Source: an uncultured Nitrososphaerales archaeon (GTDB taxonomy: Archaea > Thermoproteota > Nitrososphaeria > Nitrososphaerales > Nitrososphaeraceae). From it: 64,000 nt of DNA. Positions 1 through 9,960 of the stretch are shown in pieces; the stretch's first letter is position 1; the number at the start of each line of letters is the position of its first letter. The stretch lies in assembly GCA_963713605.1 (NCBI GenBank), contig CAVQMO010000001.1, positions 256,001 through 320,000 on the forward strand. Direction: 5' to 3'. The notes below the pieces were generated by a model, which was given only the letters and a program-made list of their open reading frames with translations, made no database searches and had not been told where the DNA came from. A program made the position numbers and the translations under genes.

Positions 1-197
1 ATGTCTGATCTTTTTCCAACGAGAATTCTAGCCACACATTCTATGTTCCCAGAGCATTATTTAATTTCTGGTTAAGGTAATGGTACTCTGGTTTCGATTT
101 TGTAATTTTCTAATTCAACTTCCAGTTAGAAATAGTCACTCCGCATTGTCATTAGTTACCACTATAACTTGGTAGCTAGATTAGCAAGTGGACCTGT

Positions 198-665
198 CTA
201 TTTCTTTATGAGCGCTATAATCGGGTCCCAATCCAACTGCTGGAACGAAACAGGGTCTTTAAGAGGATACTTTACCCATCCTTTCACGACCATGAACTTG
301 TAGCCCTTTGTGTCTTCGCTTTCCACAAACTTTAGTCTGAGGATGGTTCCCCATCTTTTCTTTTCTTGCCCGATTTTGATTATTCCGCTGAAGGGAATCT
401 CTATGTTTTTATCACTTTCGTCCAAATCGTTCTGAAGGTCTATTTCATTATATCGTTCTATAGGCAGTAGAACAGATTCACCGTCTTTAAACCTCCTTAG
501 TTGCCTCAGCGAGTATTCTTCATGCACGTTGTACTTCATTTTCGTTTTCATTATGAATGCTATGCGCATATTCGTTATCACAAGCATCCCCTCCTTGCCT
601 CGCTTCATGAATCCTTCTTCTTGGCCCCAAATCCACATAAGATGATACTTTATGTTCTCTAACAA
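198..665 (-). CDS. hypothetical protein, possible PH/GRAM-like domain
   Basis: 155 aa ORF; EGMLVITNMRIAF resembles the GxLxxTNxRxxF strand motif of PH/GRAM-like folds. Confidence 0.6.
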   Translation of the reverse strand: MLENIKYHLMWIWGQEEGFMKRGKEGMLVITNMRIAFIMKTKMKYNVHEEYSLRQLRRFKDGESVLLPIERYNEIDLQNDLDESDKNIEIPFSGIIKIGQEKKRWGTILRLKFVESEDTKGYKFMVVKGWVKYPLKDPVSFQQLDWDPIIALIKK

Positions 666-815
666 CTTTATTCGGTCACGTGCGTAGAATAATTATTATG
701 CAAATTAGGTCCACTATGAGGGATTTTCAATAGCCAAAAAATATGCGTAAACCCTAGTACCGCCTCTATTTATCAGATATAAAATTAGAAAAAAAAATTT
801 AGGCCAATTACGACT

Positions 816-1109
816 CTAACCTTCTTCCCAGCCCTTTGTGAATAAGGCATTCTTCTTGAGTGGAATTGGTTGACCTGGGGTATAATCCATCGGTCTCATC
901 CAGAAGATTGCCTTTGTTGGACAAACGCCTATGCAGGCCCCATCAGAGATACATCTTTCAGGATAAAAGACAAATGCTTTTCCTCTCTTCCACCCTTCAA
1001 CTGGTTTTACTCTTAAGACATCAGGACCTAGCGCTGTACATATTTCTACGCAAAGAGCACATCCTATACAGTGTTGTTCGCTAACATCTGGAATTATTGC
1101 GACTGGCAT
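816..1109 (-). CDS. 2x[4Fe-4S] ferredoxin
   Basis: CIGCALCVEIC and CISDGACIGVCP motifs. Confidence 0.92.
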   Translation of the reverse strand: MPVAIIPDVSEQHCIGCALCVEICTALGPDVLRVKPVEGWKRGKAFVFYPERCISDGACIGVCPTKAIFWMRPMDYTPGQPIPLKKNALFTKGWEEG

Positions 1110-1289
1110 CTATATCACTAAATGTCGTTTCATGCTGAAACTATTTAAACACTATGCCAAATCTATAACACCGATATAAAAATGAAATTGTTAGCCACTT
1201 TCTCGCCTTAGAAATAAGTGTTTCAATAGTGGTATGATCTTAGCACAATTATATTAGTAAGTCGTGGAAGTAACCTATATTCGATAGAT

Positions 1290-2192
1290 TTGCCGGTGGA
1301 AATGAGTATTGGCGAGCACCTTGACGAATTACGTCTAAGATTAATACGTGTAGCAGTGGCCATGCTTGTTGTAACAGCATTCTGCCTCAGTTTCGGGCTG
1401 ACCAGTATTCATTTGTCATTTGATCCAAGCTCTGGAATGATTAATTCAAGTGAATCACCAAACGATGGAGGCAATCACGTCGAAACAGACTCAATTGATA
1501 TCACCATTTACTATCCCTACTATAATCCGTTTGGTAATATTGCTATACAGCTAACGACATTCATGAGCGACACGCTCCTTCCTCCTGAAGTTTCATTAAT
1601 TCAAACTGCACCGGGACAAGCATTTTTCTCTCAAGTGTTTATCGCCGTCTTGTTGAGTATTTTGATTTCAATGCCTTTGATAATTAGAGAAATGTATGCC
1701 TTCATTTCGCCTGCCTTCAGCAAAGCCAAGAGCGTCCTATCGGTCAAGACTTTTGTTCCGACAATCCTTCTTTTTGTTGTTGGGGTAATATTCTCCTATG
1801 TCATTGTCATTCCGGTTATCCTAAATTTTCTGTACACCTTTGGCGAATCTATAGGTGTTGCCACCTTCTTTAGTATAAACGAGTTTTTCCCTTTTGTGCT
1901 TCAGCTTTTAGTGGCGTTCGGACTTGCTTTTGAGCTCCCAGCCATCATGTATGCACTCTCCTTGACTGGAGTTGTCGACGCGGCATTTTGGAAAAAGAAT
2001 TTTAGGTATGCGGTAATAGTTTTCGTGATATTTGGTGCAATTATCACCCCAGATGGAGGTGGAGTTAGTATGTGGCTCGTTGTGGCTCCTATGATTGTTC
2101 TTTATTTGGCTGGTTTAATGGTAGTCAAGAGATCTAGAAATGAAAACAATCGTCTTACCAATTCAGGGGCAGAAGCTAGCGCAAAATTCTGA
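1290..2192 (+). CDS. tatC: twin-arginine translocase subunit TatC
   Basis: HLDELRLRL N-terminus, FELP and IITPD motifs, multiple TM helices. Confidence 0.95.
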   Translation: MPVEMSIGEHLDELRLRLIRVAVAMLVVTAFCLSFGLTSIHLSFDPSSGMINSSESPNDGGNHVETDSIDITIYYPYYNPFGNIAIQLTTFMSDTLLPPEVSLIQTAPGQAFFSQVFIAVLLSILISMPLIIREMYAFISPAFSKAKSVLSVKTFVPTILLFVVGVIFSYVIVIPVILNFLYTFGESIGVATFFSINEFFPFVLQLLVAFGLAFELPAIMYALSLTGVVDAAFWKKNFRYAVIVFVIFGAIITPDGGGVSMWLVVAPMIVLYLAGLMVVKRSRNENNRLTNSGAEASAKF

Positions 2193-2258
2193 TTTTACCA
2201 ATTACGTCAGTCAGAATTAACACTTAAATGCAGAAGGGTGGGAATATTACATTAACCG

Positions 2259-2618
2259 ATGATCGCTTCAAGCCATTTGATGCAAGCATTTGGAGTAGGC
2301 GGATTAGAATGGGTCTTTATTATAGTTATTGTGGTTGTTTTGTTTTTCGGGGTAAAGAAGATCCCGGAAATTGCACGATCTGTTGGAAGGGCTTCTTCTG
2401 AATATCAGAAGGCCAAAATCCAGGCAAAGCAGGAGTTAAACCAGATGAATGCGAAGGATGTAACTGATGAATCATCGATTGATAGAGAGAAGCTAGAGTC
2501 TATTGCAGACACTTTGGGAATTGATTCTACAAATAAGAATGACGCAGAGCTTCGTAATGCTATAGATCTTGCAATCAGCAAGGGAAAACAGACAACGGAG
2601 GGGGAGACACGATATTAA
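2259..2618 (+). CDS. tatA: TatA/E family translocase subunit
   Basis: TM helix + FG hinge + KKIPEIARSVG amphipathic helix; follows tatC. Confidence 0.93.
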   Translation: MIASSHLMQAFGVGGLEWVFIIVIVVVLFFGVKKIPEIARSVGRASSEYQKAKIQAKQELNQMNAKDVTDESSIDREKLESIADTLGIDSTNKNDAELRNAIDLAISKGKQTTEGETRY

Positions 2619-2759
2619 TGAAATCGGCCCCTTTGGTTTATAGAACCAATAAAAACGCTTTTAAGGGATTGAGAGTAATCTATTGTGACCGGAACTGAGT
2701 TAACTCCTAATGTTATGTTTTGGAACTGAGTCGGTCCTCGTCGATTTAGTGATAATAGT

Positions 2760-4459
2760 ATGTGTGGAATAGTTGGTATTTTGAGCAAGACCGGAGAAAA
2801 TGTAGTGCCTTTAGCGGAATCAATGCTTTCATGTATTGCATGTAGAGGTCCTGATGGGGCAGCGATTGCCAGCGGCGGAGCAGATAGTCCAAACCGATTC
2901 TGTAAGTGACCTTAGAAAACATCCGATGTCAGAAAGCTGCTCTGCGTTGGGACATGTTAGACTAGCGATTGTAGGAGGAACGTGTGGACAACAGCCGTTT
3001 AGAAGTTGTGATGGGAGGTTTATTGTAGAGCATAATGGTGAAATCTACAATTACAAGAAGCTAAGGAGCAAACTTGAAATTTCACACAGATTTGTTTCTC
3101 AAACTGACAGCGAGGTAATAGTACATACTTTTTGAGGACAATTATGCTAAGACAAGGGATCTTCAAGGTGCCATAAAAAAGACGGTCTCTGAATTGGACG
3201 GAGTGTATGCTATTGTGATAAGAGATGAGGAAACTGGTGAGATCGCTTTGGTAAGAGATGTTATGGGTGTTCGGCAACTCTACTATGGCCAAAACTCCCA
3301 ATTAGTGGCCTTTGCATCTGAAAGAAAAGCGCTGTGGAAGATTGGCTTAAAGGAACCAACTCTCAGGGTTCATCCCGGATCTGTTTTAATTATTATGCCA
3401 GATGGTTCATTTGGTGAGCAGCAGAAGATTACAAAGAACCCTGTATCTAATCAAAAGATTCGGTACAAGACGCTGAGCTCTGCAATTAAAGCGTACAGAA
3501 GGGCTTTAATTTCATCTATGAGAAAGCGTACTCAAGATTTTGATCGAATAGGCATTATATTCTCAGGAGGAATTGATAGTGTAATCATTGCTTGGCTTGC
3601 CAAGAAGATGGTTCGTGAAGTTATATGCTATACCGGTGGGGTAGAAGGATCAAGTGATATAGTATTTGCCAGAAAGATTGCAAAAAAACTGAACCTGAAA
3701 TTAAGGGTCAATGAATTAACTTACAATGAAGTAGAAGAAATGATCCCTGAGGTAATTAATACAATTGAACATACAAATGCAGGTCAGGTGGAAGTTGCTA
3801 TCCCTGTATATGCGGCTGTAAAACTTGCTCATGAAGATGGCATCAAAGTGATGTTCTCCGGGCAGGCAGCAGATGAGCTATTTGGAGGGTACTCATGGTA
3901 CGGTAAAGTAGTAAAAGATGGTGGAGGGTATGCTGGTTTGCGTCATTACATGAATGAGGATATACAACTGTTGTATAAGGAGACACTGGAGAGAGAAGAT
4001 AAAATTACCATGGCTCACAGTATTGAAATGCGGGAGCCTTTTCTTGACTTAAAATTGATCAGACTAAGTATGAAAATAGATTTACGTTTGAATGTCAAAG
4101 GTGTGTCTGATGCATTTGGCAAGCATGTACACCGAAAGCTCGCACAAGAATTGGGCATTCCGAGGGATATCGCTTATCGTTCCAAGGAAGCGACTCAACA
4201 TGGATCAGGAATTCATCAAGTGGTTGACTTGATAGCACGAAAACACGGCTTTGACGAATCAACAATCTCTACAAAGTACCTGGACTTACTCAAATCTCGA
4301 GAGAGGGTAGGAAGTTCTCAGAGATATGGATACCTTTTCGAGAACGAGAAGGAAAAAATGTGGATTGCAGAACCGCATGTTCAGATGTATCTTGACAGTA
4401 TTTCTAAGGTACTGCCAGCTCTCGAGCAAAATATTGTCGCTAAAAGGAAGTCCCTATAG
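2760..4459 (+). CDS. asnB: asparagine synthase (glutamine-hydrolysing); two apparent frameshifts near 2870 and 3128
   Basis: ATG at 2760 gives MCGIVG...RGPD; next frame has LGHVRLAI, HNGEIYN, TDSEV; final frame has SGGIDS, SGQAADELFGGY, REPFLD. Confidence 0.9.
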
Positions 4460-4704
4460 ACTAACGGGTTTCGTCATATAATGTGACAATTCTATTTGTC
4501 AGATGAGATCGTTTGGGCGTGAGAAAAAAATGGTATAGTTGATCATATAGGTTACAGTATTTGAAATTGTTTTATAAGGATGGCATCCTGACTGGCATCA
4601 ACGAAGGACCGCCCGTCAGGTATATGTTACTACTGTAAGACTCTGCCTATTATCCTTTGGTTAAGAAGTATGTCATTCGAAAAATAATCGATATACTAAT
4701 TCTT

Positions 4705-5601
4705 CTAGTTTGCTCCGACAGAATTTGCTCTGAAACTGCAAGTGAAATCATTTTTCATTAATTTAGAGGCGATAATTGGTGATATCATTAGAGTAGGGAT
4801 ACTTATTAAAAGGAACAGGGTCTGAAACGGAGCTAAGGAAGCTACAGCTACCCCTGATCCAAATCCGACAAATAGTGAAATAAGACTTCCTGCGCAGGTT
4901 GGGCATCCTACAAAAAGCCCAGCAGTAATACCTATTCCACTCACTACTGAAAGTTTCTTGTTATTATTCTGACTTCTTGACATACTAAAGAAAGAGACCA
5001 TCAATGATAAATTAAATCCGACCATTGCTGATATCGCGACAGAAAGTGTAAAATTAATTGGAATTATTAATATCGTAAAATACTCAGTTAGATACACAGA
5101 TAACATAGGAACATATCCAGGTAGGTTGCAGCAAGGCGTAACCATCAATGAAGGAGTCACAATTCCATCCACGTTGATTGGCATATTAGGTTCGTATAGC
5201 AGTATTTGGGACAAGAATGCAAAGCCAATCCAATAAAACACAGATGATATTACCATAATTCTCCGATATTTGATATCAGTGAATGTAACCATCAAGTGAG
5301 AACCTAAAGAGCTACCACTTGAGTACGCTCTGGCTATTTCAGCTTTAAGAATTAGATAAATTCCGTAGATACAGATAGGAATGGATACAAAAGTCCAAAA
5401 CAATACGATGTTTGCAAGATTCATGAGTTGAGAGCTCACTTTTAGCGATTGATTGTCTTGGGGGCTGGTTAAGCTTCCATAAATCACAAATATCGATACC
5501 AATGATAAACCACTTAACAAAGCCACCCTAACACCTCGATTTCGTAGCTCTGTGTAATTCTTGACGTCAAACATCATAGAAGAAATTCCATGCTGTGACA
5601 T
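4705..5601 (-). CDS. polytopic membrane protein with CC and CxxC motifs, possibly metal-binding
   Basis: about 6 hydrophobic segments; TPCCNLPG and GCPTCAG. Confidence 0.75.
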   Translation of the reverse strand: MSQHGISSMMFDVKNYTELRNRGVRVALLSGLSLVSIFVIYGSLTSPQDNQSLKVSSQLMNLANIVLFWTFVSIPICIYGIYLILKAEIARAYSSGSSLGSHLMVTFTDIKYRRIMVISSVFYWIGFAFLSQILLYEPNMPINVDGIVTPSLMVTPCCNLPGYVPMLSVYLTEYFTILIIPINFTLSVAISAMVGFNLSLMVSFFSMSRSQNNNKKLSVVSGIGITAGLFVGCPTCAGSLISLFVGFGSGVAVASLAPFQTLFLLISIPTLMISPIIASKLMKNDFTCSFRANSVGAN

Positions 5602-5818
5602 TAATCTGTATCGACTTTCATCAACGAATTAAATTTTAACAAGGATCTCAACTTCCAAGAATTAAACTCGCCCCCTGGAAAAAAATTTGTAGATACAGAT
5701 ATCAGAAATGACAGTCCAGTGTAGTGTACGCGTGACTCATGCATGGCTCATGAATTATGTTTTTTTCACAAAACTAGATCGAATGCGATGAGCACAATCG
5801 TCTCACATCAATAGAAAT

Positions 5819-6109
5819 TCAAAAGTTATCCCCAAAACTACGTGTGTGATCATATACTTCCTCTTGCGGCGTAGTTTTCTTGCGATGATTGTCCAAGTTT
5901 TTGTGCAATCTATAGTCGACGACCTTTTCATGCTCTTCTCTTTCGTGATGTAATCTATCCTTTTCGTGTATGAACTCTTTTCCACAGTTATGGCATTTTA
6001 CGATTGGATGGTGATGAACATGTCTTGCATGTTGTATAAGCTCATCATAGCTCCTAAATTTCTCTCCGTCTTGATCGCACTCGTATTTGGTATGGTGAAA
6101 TAGGTTCAT
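5819..6109 (-). CDS. C2H2-type zinc finger protein (two fingers)
   Basis: CDQDGEKF..LIQHARHVH and CHNCGKEF..LHHEREEH. Confidence 0.85.
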   Translation of the reverse strand: MNLFHHTKYECDQDGEKFRSYDELIQHARHVHHHPIVKCHNCGKEFIHEKDRLHHEREEHEKVVDYRLHKNLDNHRKKTTPQEEVYDHTRSFGDNF

Positions 6110-6339
6110 ACGATATGATTATACTAACACCTGATTGATGTATTAAATGCTTTTGGTAGTGTGTTTCAAGTTGTTTCATTATTTCGGGGCACAATGACAA
6201 CTAGAATTAGAAACTTTGAAGTCTTATTCAATAATGATTTGAATTTCAGATTAAACACATAACTACAGAGCTGATATAAACTCTCAATTTCTGGCCGGAT
6301 TATTGTTAAGAGGAGTTTCTCAACCATCTAATGGGACCT

Positions 6340-6966
6340 CTAGGCATTTGCCACCTCATTATCACAAATCACATCTTGTATTATCCTTTCAATTTTATCT
6401 GCGATTTCACGTCGAGAGGAGGAATCAAGGTTCCCCATTTTTTCTAAAATTATATCACTCTCCCACTTGTTTTCTGCACGGCGTATTTTTTTTGTCGAAT
6501 TGTCAAGGAAATACATCTGACGGATAGCTATGTGAGAAAACTCTTCCTTTGAAGCTGCTCCATGAAAGTGCATCTTAAAGGCAGGAATCTGAACAATATC
6601 TCCCTCCTTGTTCATTGGAATTGTTTCAACATCCCCAATCTCAAAATTTGCAATAGAGTCACTATTTATTATACCTACTATGCCTCGTCCTTTCGTAGAA
6701 ATCAGGACCTGATCCGTCTCGTGGTAATGTACGGTAGTAGTAGCTCCGTCCTTAAAGAATACATGGTAAATCTCCAGTTCCCTCGAATTTTCATCACCAA
6801 GCACCTGTTGTAGGATCACATTTCCTCTAAAATACGAGGGGTCCACCTTTTTCACTGGAGAATTATAGATGTTCTCTTTGAACACAGCCCACCATGTAAT
6901 TCCACCTAAATAAAAAGTCTTTGAGGTTGACAGGTCGAACCATCTCGATTCTTTCTGCCTTAGCAT
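6340..6966 (-). CDS. cupin domain protein
   Basis: VHYHETDQVL...GRG and GDIVQIPAFKMHFHGA cupin motifs. Confidence 0.85.
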   Translation of the reverse strand: MLRQKESRWFDLSTSKTFYLGGITWWAVFKENIYNSPVKKVDPSYFRGNVILQQVLGDENSRELEIYHVFFKDGATTTVHYHETDQVLISTKGRGIVGIINSDSIANFEIGDVETIPMNKEGDIVQIPAFKMHFHGAASKEEFSHIAIRQMYFLDNSTKKIRRAENKWESDIILEKMGNLDSSSRREIADKIERIIQDVICDNEVANA

Positions 6967-7002
6967 CCTAACTTAGTGACGATACAGTTCGATCCTATTC
7001 TG

Positions 7003-7269
7003 TTATGACAACGCCCTGAGAGCCATAGTATTTAGAATACTTTTCAAAAAGAGCATTTCAGGGAGAAATTTATGAGGCCTAGTATCATCACAAGGCGTCC
7101 ATGATAATTCTCCTTTTTCCATCAATTTCATTTGTTCCTTCCTGAAGGCGTAAGGATCTCCTAACTCCGTGGCCTGCTGAAACGCTATACCTGCGAACAA
7201 AATATGATGATGTCTTCCTGTTGCCTCGCCTAAATAGGTATACACTAAAGGAGTGCTTCGAAATAACAA
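7003..7269 (-). CDS. hypothetical protein, possibly the frameshifted N-terminal part of the cupin gene
   Basis: protein-like 88 aa ORF ending 36 bp upstream of the cupin ORF on the same strand. Confidence 0.4.
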   Translation of the reverse strand: MLFRSTPLVYTYLGEATGRHHHILFAGIAFQQATELGDPYAFRKEQMKLMEKGELSWTPCDDTRPHKFLPEMLFLKSILNTMALRALS

Positions 7270-7349
7270 TAGTAATTTTATTCCTTCCTACCAAGGTGGA
7301 GGAAGAGTAGTGTAATCTTTAATTCCTAGGATTGTATACCTTAAGTAAA

Positions 7350-7782
7350 ATGTCTTCCAATTTGCCTACAGGTGAAGATGAATACATAGTTGCCAAGATC
7401 AGCTATGTTGGATTTGCAGACCAACTAGGCCTAGAGGGGATAGTTATACTTAAAACATTTGATGGGAAAGAGTTTCCTATGCGCGCCTTCTCTGGAGAAG
7501 TTGCTAGGCACATCTCGAGATTCCAAGAAGGTGATAAGAATACCATTCCCACAATTTATAACCTTGTGGAAGAGGCTAGCAGTGACCCAAGATCTGTTAC
7601 TTCTAGAAGTACGTGTGTATCAAAGCGGATCGGTTCTTAGGGCAAATCTATACTTTAAGAACCGTAAAGAAAACTTTATCATGAGGAACTATCGTGCTTC
7701 CGACGCTATCGCATTGGCAGCATACTACGACATACCAATCCGTGTCAGAAAAAACCTGTTCGAAGAGACAATAGAACAGTAG
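7350..7782 (+). CDS. bifunctional nuclease (DUF151) family protein; apparent frameshift near 7574
   Basis: IPTIYNL in frame 1 and YRASDAIALAAYYDIPIRV in frame 2. Confidence 0.85.
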
Positions 7783-7810
7783 GCTCCTTTCGCACTCACT
7801 TATTCTGAGA

Positions 7811-8913
7811 CTAGGTTATTATTTCTTTGATTTTATTGTTCTTTAGTGCATCATTAATTTCCATATGCTATTCTTCTGCCTACACCTAGAACAAAACCAT
7901 GTGAGTACTTTTGTGTACGGACTCGTAGTCGCCATAATGGGATTTCCTGGAACTCTTACAGAGACGTCATAAACAATAAGTTCAAGATCACGCGTCACCA
8001 CACTCTGTAACGAAATGGGGCCGATTAGACCTGGAGAGTATTTTGAGTTAACAAAATTTGCAAACTTATCACCAATAAGAAAAACCTTTTCCAGAAGCGA
8101 CTCTCTAATGCTGGCAGGCATATGACCAACCTCAATATTTTGTAAATCTATATCAATTTCCATCTGTTCCTTTGCAGGGATAGATGTGGTAAAGTCGTGG
8201 AGGTTTGTTTGCAGCCTCCTTTCTATCCCGAGAAATTCCATCTCTTTTTTAAGTGGTGAATAAAAGAAGTTGAAATTGAAATAAGTGCCAATCACGTACT
8301 CTTCTATGACCGCATTCTTAAGATCCTCTCTATTAATAATGCCTTTTTCAATCCTCATTTCTGATTTCCGAATGAAGTCATCATACGACGAAGCAATAAA
8401 GAAGGCTCTTTCCAGTTTTCGTGTTGCTTCTGGAATTTTTACTATTGCGAGACCTTTTATTTCAGAGGGATCATCAAAAATAGTTGGATGTCTGATGTTT
8501 GCCTGTTCAAGTAAATTGTATTGGTTGTATTCTTCTCGCCGTTCTTCCGCACGAAGCAGAGACCTATTACCAAATAGTGGTACCAAAAATATTTTCTCTA
8601 TACTTTCATAGCCAAGGTATGCAGTGAAAGCCCTATTGGTGACAAAGATTGTATTCAGGTCGATCAATTTTCGGATATTTTCTTTGTAAAGAATATCTGA
8701 AAATTTGTCAAGCAAGAGAATCTCGTCTGCAAGTCGTCTAAACCTCAAATATGGAGTCTCTCTTCCTTTCTGACATACGCAAACTGTCTTAAGGCCCTCG
8801 TCTTTGCATCCATCCATTATTTCCAAAGCTGAATGGCTTCCAATTGTTCCAACACTTATGTTTCTCCTGTCATAACGGTCGACTATATCAATAACCTGGC
8901 TCATTGAAATCAT
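7811..8913 (-). CDS. purP: FAICAR synthetase (formate-dependent PurP family); apparent indels near the C-terminus
   Basis: IGSHSALEI, PLFGNRSLLRAEER, SIRESLLEKVF; shifted tail reads GVGRRIA-MEI..IIT*. Confidence 0.92.
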
Positions 8914-9288
8914 AACTTGTCTTCAGAGGTTCTTTTATCAACAATTATATATTTTGTTTTATTGTCCAGTCGCGACTAAGTTAAGCTCATCTTTTTGCCA
9001 TCAAATAATAATACGTTCATTCCAATGAATGGTATGGCACATCCCAGATTAACAAAGTAAGGATTTGTCATTTATTGAAGGATTGTAAATTTGTTATTTC
9101 CAAAGAATAGCAAGATATTATGTTGGTGTAGGTCTAATCAGAACTAAAGTATTTTCATCTCAATTATGATGGATATTACTGGATTCAATTGTTCGCTACT
9201 TGCTGTACTGTCAAATATGATGTATGCAAATAGATGGACGTTCAAGATCTGTCCATTCGCATTTACTGATCCTGAAAATATCTTCAGA

Positions 9289-9510
9289 CTATTGCTCAAT
9301 CTGGTCTCTTTCGGCAGTATAAATCTCAAGTGTATTCTGGAATCCTCTTCTTTCATGAAATAGCCATCTTTTGCTACAGATTGAGCAACTTATAGAATTA
9401 TCGCCTGTAGAGTACTGCAATTCGAAATGACTGCAACGTACTTGATATTCGTGTTTTAATGCTTCCATTTCTCTTATTGCGTCGATATGCCTGACAGAAT
9501 TTTCTGTCAA
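9289..9510 (-). CDS. small hypothetical protein with CxH/CxxC motifs
   Basis: 73 aa ORF with RCSH and CSIC. Confidence 0.45.
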   Translation of the reverse strand: MTENSVRHIDAIREMEALKHEYQVRCSHFELQYSTGDNSISCSICSKRWLFHERRGFQNTLEIYTAERDQIEQ

Positions 9511-9960
9511 TATACCCTACAATTGGGAACTCCACTTTATCAACTTTGTCGCACTAGCCGAAGTACACACCGAAAATCTCCTTGCTATAACTGCTTGATG
9601 ATTGCCTTTGGCGATAAGCGCTATAATTGAGAACCCATTCATGCGATCAGAGTGCTCTCAACTGCAATTCTTAATTTCGCTTCTAATTAAGTAATACCCG
9701 TTACACATCGAACTAGAGAGAAGGAAGTTGATCCTCTGAAATTTTACCTTGTTACATAGAGGCATTCCTTCAATCTTCAAGGTTGCTAAGTAATGTAATA
9801 ATAGCCTAACGATTTTGAAATTCTTTAAATCTTCGATTCATATTAGAGAACTATTATTTCATCAACTTATTCCAATTCATCCGGATTGTCGTAGATAAAT
9901 GGGAATACATACCATCCTATTGCTAACTTTAGGCCTAAAACATTATTCTTATTAGGAGAT

